64,000 nt of DNA from Asterias rubens (lineage: Eukaryota). A program made the position numbers and the translations under genes. Where the stretch lies: NCBI RefSeq assembly GCF_902459465.1, contig NC_047071.1:9796001-9860000 (forward strand), given 5' to 3'. Shown here one piece after another: positions 14,001-23,000 of the stretch (position 1 is the first letter of the stretch; each line of letters starts with the position of its first letter). A model generated the notes under the pieces. The model did no database searches and was not told the DNA's origin. It saw nothing but the letters and a program-made list of their open reading frames with translations.

Positions 14001-17000
14001 GTGATAAAAACGAACCTGTCCACTTCGCCCCACATCTTTCTCTTGTCCATAGAAACTGAATGTAATCGCTAAGTACCCCTCAGTCGCGGTCAAGAGTTCC
14101 TCAGTTGTGCAAGAGATCATCTCGTCTTCGACATATTGCCAACCGTCCTTGTAAGTACCCAATATCATCCAAACGTAATCCGGACCGTACATCCCCAATT
14201 TATAAGCCTGTGAGGAGCAAAATAAAAATACGATGGAAGTAAGTATTTAGAACTAGACATTAAAATGAGGCTCGGCAACGAAACAAGTGGAAGTGTCGTG
14301 GTCGAGCGTTTTCAAGAGCACCAAATTTAAACTATGGTGCTTCTGATAAGCACAGTGTGGGTTCGAGTCCAAGTCGTGACACTTGTGTCATCAAGCAAGA
14401 CACTTAACCATTGCTTCGTCTTTCAGATGGGACGTAAAACCGTTGGTACCGTGTTTTGTGTAACGCACGTAAAAGAACCCAGTACACTTCAAAGGGGTTC
14501 GCCCCGGTGTTCCTGGTTTGGTTGGCAGCATATTGCGCAACAGCACCTTGTAAACCACTACATGGTGCCATGCAAAAGGGGATCTTATCATTCCAACTTA
14601 GTATCACATACCTTTCAGGAAAGTACTGTATGTCAAAGCGACTGGAGCGTCATTGAGTGACGGATGTGAGTGCTATAATTATAAGATTCCACTAATATTT
14701 TGTTAATTATTAAGTGCCTTACACAAACAGTCTGGCGTAGTTACAAAAAAAACGAAATCCAAATGGAAAGCCTGTAACACGTTATCTACTTCTTCTTCTT
14801 CCTCTTGTATTCTTGTCAATAAAATTGGGAGCTGTGTGGATTTTTTTAGAACAATATACGACGTGTTGTACGAAACAAAAATCGTTATGACGCACGTGAA
14901 TCTGTAAAAGACGGACTATGCTTTGAAAAATTTGACATATTTCCTTAACAACAGCACCAATAAGTAAAGTATAAGAGTTCTAAAAACTCACAGTGCAGAA
15001 TACTTCCCGAACACTCCCTTCGTAGAAACTGGTTGCTATGATTCTCACATCTATATCCTGCGGGAAATTTTCAAAAAGATTATCAGCTAAGAAATTAATT
15101 CACAGTGACTATCTTTTATAAAATAACTGCTTAGCCGGTTTTATAACCATCTGTCCTGATGCAAACTACAGCTGGCGCACTATATTATTTGGCACCCCGT
15201 ATCACAAAGTGCGTTTGTTACATGATTAACGATCACGGAACCTATAAGACGCACAGCAATGTAACATTCTTTTTCAAATGTTTACTGTGAAAGTATAAAC
15301 CTCAGCAACTAAAACAGATAAAGAATTTTATGTAAACCTTGTTTTAAAAAAAATCTCAATGTTCGAAACTATACCTTCAACCGTTTCAGGGCATCTTCCG
15401 GATCAGTGATGAATGTCTCTGAGCTTACTATAGAAAAATTACCCATTGCAGAGTCATCATGGAGTTGCTTAATCCTCTGAATATTGAAGAGAGAAACAAT
15501 ATAGTTTAATACAAGTAGGCCCGATTGCCATTACAGTAGTAGTATATCCTTTCAGGGACGGGTATTTAATAGCCAATTTGATTTGAATTTGTTAAACGAT
15601 TCCCACACCCCTCAAAACAGTGAAATTACAGGATTTCAGTTGTGTTTGATAATTGAACGTTTGTAAACGACTGCTACTTTAGAATCTTTATAGGAAGCCC
15701 GAGAAAAGGAAAACGTGCTTATCCGTCTGCAAGATTTAGTAATCTTTTTGAACGGTTTTGCAATTAGTGTATGGCTTTCAGTAAGCTTTCAGTTCCTTCA
15801 GTTTAGTTATCAGTTGGCAGGCGTGAGTAGTCCGTTCGCACGTACGTTTATATGATCCGTTCAGTAATCCGTTCGCACGTTAAGTGACGTGGTAAGACTA
15901 ATAGAAATAGTCTTGTCCAACGTGGTACTACATATATATTATTGGAAAAGTCTCAGCGATTCATGAAAATCTGCACCTACTTTGTCAAATTTTGAAGAAA
16001 AAAAATTGAAAGCACAGTCTTTAATTCTTAGTTAAGAATGAAAAGTTATGATATATTTTCCGGATGATGTTTTGTCTTTGTACCCATACATTTACATGTT
16101 TTTTATGTAAGTCAGTGTTGTGATAGTCTTTTGGTGTGTTTGTTTGTTTGTTCGTTTTTTACTGTCCGTAGGTACGGGAAGAAAAACCTTGCTTAACCCT
16201 ATGCCTGGATGTTGTCCTGTTTGTCAATATTTACTCAACTTCGGTGTAAATTGTTATTGTCTTTACTACATCTGTGGTTTGCCTTTATTTTATCATTATC
16301 ATGTATATTAACTTTAATGATGTACACAAATGTAACTTTATGGCAACATTGAACTAAATGTATTGGAATCAAAAATAACCAACTCTAATAGAGGGCACAA
16401 GGAGATCAACCATTAGTCTCTCCAAATGGTTGATCGCATGGGCAAGACTTTGCAAAGTCATTTGAGTTGATTACTAAAAAAAACAGCGCGATCGGATTAT
16501 TACGTTAAGATTATTTTCGAATGGATTACTACGTCGTGCCAACGGATTATCTCACAATTCGAAAGGACTACAAGTCCATGCGAACAGATTACCTCTTTTA
16601 ACCCCAACACTGTATTTTCCCGCGCTTCGTCTTTACTCGTTTTCCGGTATGACGACGATTATATAAAAAGTCAAAGAATTTACCCCCTTATGTGGTTCTA
16701 CTGCTTCGTTGAGGGTAGCAATCCTAGTCCAGCCGAACTGGCTGATGATTGCGGCTTGAGCTGAGCCAAATAATGATGCCGAGGTGAGGGTACGGTAGAT
16801 GTGTGGATATCTATCTCGATTGGAGAGAACAGTGCTGGATCCACCGGGGGTAATCTGGTTATGAAGAATTTATCATTGTCAAACAAATTTAAACAAAAGG
16901 AAGTGCCTTGTAAACAAAAAATTTACAACAATACCTTCTGGATAAATATTTGTCAAGTCATTAAGTTAATTTATTAGTTAGCAATTTTCATCGAAACGTC

Positions 17001-20000
17001 GAGTTAAACCAACGGTTCTTTTCAGAACCACCCCTACTCATTAGAGATAGTCATTCAATGGTGTTACCGCAAACCTTTCCATATCATCTTATACTTGTGG
17101 TTGTTTTAATCCATCTTTGTCTGGTCTCAACTGTCGGTCTTAAATGTTGATCTGGGTGCGGGTGGGTGTGTGTGTGTGTGTGCTCTCATAATGTATTACC
17201 TTCTGGAGTCCAAGGACAAAACAAAAAGGGGGAAATAAAGAACTCCGTGTTGGGTTATTCTAAAGACCGGGGTGCTCCACAAGAAATTGTGTGTACAAAT
17301 TCTGTACAGGGACAATGGAAAAAACAAAAGATGTCTTCACAGGGATGCATATTTGAGAGTGTGTGATGTGCAATGTGTGTGATATCGACCTGTGGTTGCA
17401 TGTTTAAAAGGGAAAAGTATAAAAGTATTTCTTATCTGCTTTCCCTACCATGCTGTCTCCATTTCCATCTGCTCTGTTACTAAGTTTCAATAATCCAATT
17501 TATTTTTGAATTAGTTACCTGTAATCATCGACATATCTCTGTCGTTGCCCTGTGTCTGTAATAAATGTTGGTGTTGCATTGTTATGACGCCCATTGAAGG
17601 CAGGGAACTTTTAAAAGTATTTAATCCAGGCACAATTTAATCCAATGAATGTTCTCGTATATCAACTGGTATCTTTGGGACTCCATAACAGTTGTCTTTC
17701 TTTTTACCAAACATTGTGTTTTAATATTTTCCCGATAAGGAAAGAAATGTGTGAGAATTAGTTGATTAAAATCGCCATTTAAGACGTTGATCAGATGCAC
17801 GCTAGTGCTTCATGATAAGTCGTATCCTGTCTAATTTTAAAACAACAAAATATACGCGTCATACCATTGGATGCAGGAATCGTGGAGTATTTCGTCAATT
17901 GATTCATAAAATGTAGCCTTTTTAGGGACTCCATGTTTATTTATTTAATAAAATCATATTTTGTTTCACTAAAAACAAAAATCAAAATTAGGAGTAGATG
18001 AATCCTTAACACCTACCTCGACAATACTCCATCGGCCAATTACCTGCGCCACTGTCTCAGCAATTTTAGATAACAGAGGTCCGAGTATTGCTACTTTGGT
18101 TGGGGGCTTGCCGAGGAGCTCAACGTACAGTCGGTCCAACCCAACGGGTAAATCTCCCTGTATTTCAGTAGACAGTGAATTTTCAGAATGGCTCTAATTA
18201 TATGTGTGGTGGCCCCGAAGGGACATGGAATCTCGCAAATTTGTGCGCAAACGTATGAAATGTCGTGGAGTTTATTGGGGATAATTATGTTCACGTACGT
18301 ACGGATGCCATGTCATGAAATTTATCGCAATGTTTTCAGATAATTCAATGTCAGGAAATGTGAAGCAAATGTGCGCAAACGTAAGCGATCAGCGAATATA
18401 TTCTCAACGTGTGTGGAGACGTTTGCGATGTCGTGAATTTATTCGCAAACATTTGCATTGACGTACGCAATGCCGTGCAGAAATAGATTGCAAATAGTGT
18501 GCGCAAACATTATGCAATGTCATGAACAAAATTACAAATACTATTGTCTTGATGATGTCGTGAATCTATATACTCAGATGTTTGCACAAACACTTTGCAA
18601 TGTCGTGCATTTTTGTCACAAATGTGCGCATATGTTTGCAATGTCGTAAAATTATTTGCAAATTCAAAATGTCACGACATTGCATATCTCTGCGCACTTA
18701 TTGGCGAATCTGTTTAATGACAATGCATTTGTCTGCACACGCTGTGACTTTTGTGCACCTGTGCTTGGTACCCAAGTTCATTAGTGCAAATTGGTGAAGA
18801 TTTCCGAAAAGGGGCCTGTCCATTTACTGTTATCAGCCAAGCGGTATGTGACTGAAATACACAACGTAGCAAGCCTATTAGCATATTATGCGTACACATT
18901 TGGACTATTTTCAGAACATTGCATACGAATGTGCAAAATTGTTGCGATTTTCAATGTGTAAATTTAGGGGAGTGGCTTAACTATTCCACATATTTTTCCA
19001 TTTTTATTACCAATTTGCCTCCTATTTAATTTCAATTTTAAAATTTATGTAAAATTGTTGTAATTCAGCCTTTGTGCTGCGAGGACAGTTTTTTAACAAA
19101 CCATTTTATCTATCTATCTATCTAGCCCTGGCGGCCTTACACTTTTGTATTGTACTACAGTGATGTCCTGGATATCAGGGTCCATTTCTGGGGCTGAAAA
19201 TTTTCACAGCTTCATAACCCAAATCTTACCTGCAAGAAAGCACCAATTTCAACAGATTCACATTCCATGGCAGCATATATTTTTTCGCGGTGGGTTTTGG
19301 TCGTCATATATTCGTCACAAATCCGTAATTTTCGTTTAATAATGCAGCTCCCAAAAGTTAAAGAATTCCAGTTTATGATCCTATTCTCAAAGTCTGCAGT
19401 CCATCCATAGATATAGAATTATAATAACTAGCTAGATCTGCTGCGCGTACATACGCGCCACTGACTGTGTAGAACAAGTTTTGGTTCGCCATGGACGCGG
19501 TAAAAATTTCACGTTCGAAAGGTAACGCGTGAAAATGTACACGGGGCGTATGTGATGACGTTCACCCCGGCCCACATTTATGTTTAGTTCATGCCCCCAT
19601 GGTGGATGTTATGTAATAGTTAAGTATTTAAGGCACACCCAACGTCGACTCGTGGTCTGTATCCTTCAGGTACGCCACCGAGACGACGGTGCATTATTCG
19701 TATATTATTTATCAAGTATATTTTCTAGTATTTCATTTGAGTTGTGTTTAAATAAAACACCCTGTTGTGTGTCTACGTTTTCAAGAAGAAGAACGTTTAA
19801 GTTGTGTTTAATTGATAAGTTCGATTTCTTGAGCGGGATGGCTGAGGAGGCCAAACCGTCCATAACAACATTTAAAAGACTATTAGGACGCCAGTTGTTT
19901 AAAGGCAGTGGACACTATTGGTAATTACTCAAAATAATGTTTAGCATGAAACCTCACTTGGTAAGGAGTAATGGGGAGAGGTTGATAGTATAAAACCGTT

Positions 20001-23000
20001 TGAGAAACGGTTCTTTCTGAAGTGACGTAGTTTTCGAAAAAGAAGTAACTTTCCACGAATTTGATTTCGAGACCTCAAGTTTAGAATTTGAGGTCTCGAA
20101 ATCAAGCATCTGAAAGCGCACAACTTCGTGTGACAAGGGTATTTTTTATTTCATTCATATCCCGCAACTTCGACGACCAATTGAGCTCAAATTTTCACAG
20201 CTTTGTTATTTTATCCATATGTTTAGATACACCAAGTGAGATGACTGGTGACAATTACCAATAGTGTCCTGTCTTTAAATCATGACGGGTCCTCAACTTC
20301 TTTTAAGTTTGACCAGAGCGGACCTCATAGAATTGCTTAAAAATAATCATTGTATAATTCCAAGATGTCATTATATACCAAAACATTTGGTAAAATTCTA
20401 CCGTGAGGCCGTTTTTACATAGACTTTTGTTTTCGTTCATTTGAAAGAGAGCATGTTTTATCTCTTCTTCGGGGATTTTGTTGTTTTCCGAATCTTCAAG
20501 GATACCTTCAGGAATTGCTTAAGCTTCAATGTTCGACACAATTTCATCTAAATGGGTTTTTGATAAATTCTCTGAATTGTACAGGTTACTTTAGAACTCA
20601 GTAGCAACATCGATCATTATTCAATCATTTATTTATTTATTTATTTTTTTTTTTTTTATTTAATTATTTAATTATTTTTTCATCATTTAATTTCATTTTG
20701 TTTATCTTTATTATTGTTTTAAACTGTTCTTTTTTATCAATATTTTGTGCCGTTCTTTATTGGGAATTTCATATCTTTCGATAATGACGAGTTCGTTGAA
20801 GCGTCTCTAATCTATCTTGTTTCAGCTGTCATGTATTATGTTCGTCTGTTCTTTTGTTTGCGTGTCTGTCTGTCTGTTTGTGTTTTCTGTGTTTGTCTGT
20901 GTGTCTTTTTTTTACAAGGTTCTACTTATCAAAACAGTCACATACTCTTATCATTACATTTATCCTGCTTAGGTCTTCATTGCTTAACTCCAGCTTCATC
21001 TTGTCGACCCTTTCACAGAAGTATGGAAATAAAATGTGTGTCTGAATGGAACTGAATTAATTGAATTAAAAAACTTGACTGGTTAATTTGTTAATTTGAA
21101 CTGCATTGTAGCTACGCACAAACATGTTAAGTCAATGTTAAGACGATCGTTTAATATGTACCCTACTTGTTAGTCACACGAAACTGGCATTGTCAATTAT
21201 TTTTATTCTGCGCGTTGCCGTCAGCACGTGACATTTTACCGCGTCCATGGCGAACCAAAACTGTTTCTACACAGGCAATGGCGCGTGTGTACGCGCGGCC
21301 GATCTAGTTATTTTAATTCTATATCTATGGTCCATCATGTCTGCAGTGCGTACGCAAGACGCACGAGGCGCATATCTTGCGTTGCGTTTGCGTGTTAACG
21401 CTGTGCAGACAAGATACGGTCATAGATATGGAATAGAATAACTCTGTATCTATGGATACGGAGTGACCAAGAATTAAGCGCGTCTTGCATCTTACGTCTT
21501 CTTGCACGCGAATATACGCGAACGCACGGCAGCAGACAACACTGTGAGAATCGATCAAAACGGGAATTTTTTAACGTTGGGAGCTGCAATATTTCACGAA
21601 AATTACGGATTTGTGAAAATATAAAAAAAATATGACGACCAAAACCCATCGCAGAAAAATGTATGCCGCCATGGAATGTGAATCTGTTGAAATAAGTGGT
21701 TTGTTGCAGTTAAGATTTGAGTTATGAAGCTTTGAATATTTTCCGCCCCAGAAACGGGCCTTAAAATAGTTAGGACTCTGTATCTGTGTACAGAGAAAGA
21801 ATCATATATAGGGCTAGGCTATCTATCTATCTATCTATTTATTTCATGACAACGCATACGTATGCGCACTTATGTGCGATTAATTTCATGACATTGCATA
21901 CGTTGCGCACTTACTTGATATTCATTCCATAAAATTGCATACGTATGCGCACTTATGTTTAATCGCACATACGTATGAGCACAAACTTGCAATAATTTTA
22001 AAGACATCGCATACGTATATATTAGCACTTATTTGCAATAATCTTCATGACATTACATATTGGGCACATGTTTGTAAATAATTTCAAGACATCTCTCGTC
22101 AGGTATGCGCACGTTGCAAAGTCCCTTTAGTGCCACCATATTACGCTCGTTAAAAGTTGTGTTATGTCCCTGTAATGCCACCATGTTACGCTCGTTAAAA
22201 GTTGTGTTATGTCCCTTTAATGCCACCATGTTACGCTCGTTAAAAGTTGTGTTATGTCCCTTTAATGCCACCATGTTACGCTCGTTAAAAGTTGTGTTAT
22301 GTCCCTTTAATGCCACCATGTTACGCTCGTTAAAAGTTGTGTTATGTCCCTTTAATGCCACCATGTTACGCTCGTTAAAAGTTGTGTTATGTCCCTTTAA
22401 TGCCACCATGTTACGCTCGTTAAAAGTTGTGTTGTGTCCCTTTAATGCCACCATATTACGCTCGTTAAAAGTTGTGTAATGTCCCTTTAATGCCACCATG
22501 TTACGCTCGTTAAAAGTTGTGTTATGTCCCTTTAATGCCACCATGTTACGCTCGTTAAAAGTTGTGTTATGTCCCTTTAATGCCACCATGTTACGCTCGT
22601 TAAAAGTTGTGTTATGTCCCTTTAATGCCACCATGTTACGCTTGTTGAAAGTTGTGTTATGTCCCTTTAATGCCACCATGTTACGCTCGTTAAAAGTTGT
22701 GTTATGTCCCTTTATAGCCACCATATTACGCTCGTTAAAAGTTGTGTTATGTCCCTTTAATGCCACCATGTTACGCTCGTTAAAAGTTGTGTTATGTCCC
22801 TTTAATGCCACCATGTTACGCTCGTTAAAAGTTGTGTAATGTCCCTTTAATGCCACCATGTTACGCTCGTTAAAAGTTGAGTTGTGTCCCTTTAGTGACA
22901 CCATATTACGCTCGTTAAAAGTTGTGTTATGTCCCACCCATTAGTGCCACCATATTATGCTCGTTAAAAGTTGTGTTGTGTCCCTGTATAGCCACCATGT

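Larger units (their letters stand above)
18207..22138. mobile_element. Old non-autonomous element with inverted arrays of ~40-bp subterminal repeats, interrupted by nested insertions
   Basis: Left end TGGTGGCCCCGAAGGGAC versus reverse complement of right end TGGTGGCACTAAAGGGAC (14/18); GTGCGCA.ACGTATGCAATGTC.TGA motif flips orientation near 18665 and resumes at 21845-22110. Confidence 0.6.

Noticed and set aside
16991-17090. CGAAACGTCGAG, half of a Penelope-type hammerhead
   Set aside because: The upstream CUGANGA half and stem II are absent, so no ribozyme can form.
17518-17555. Small AG/GT-bounded segment in intron 2 as an extra exon
   Set aside because: It is 37 nt (or 31 nt), frame-breaking, has no receptor similarity, and exons 2 and 3 join cleanly without it.
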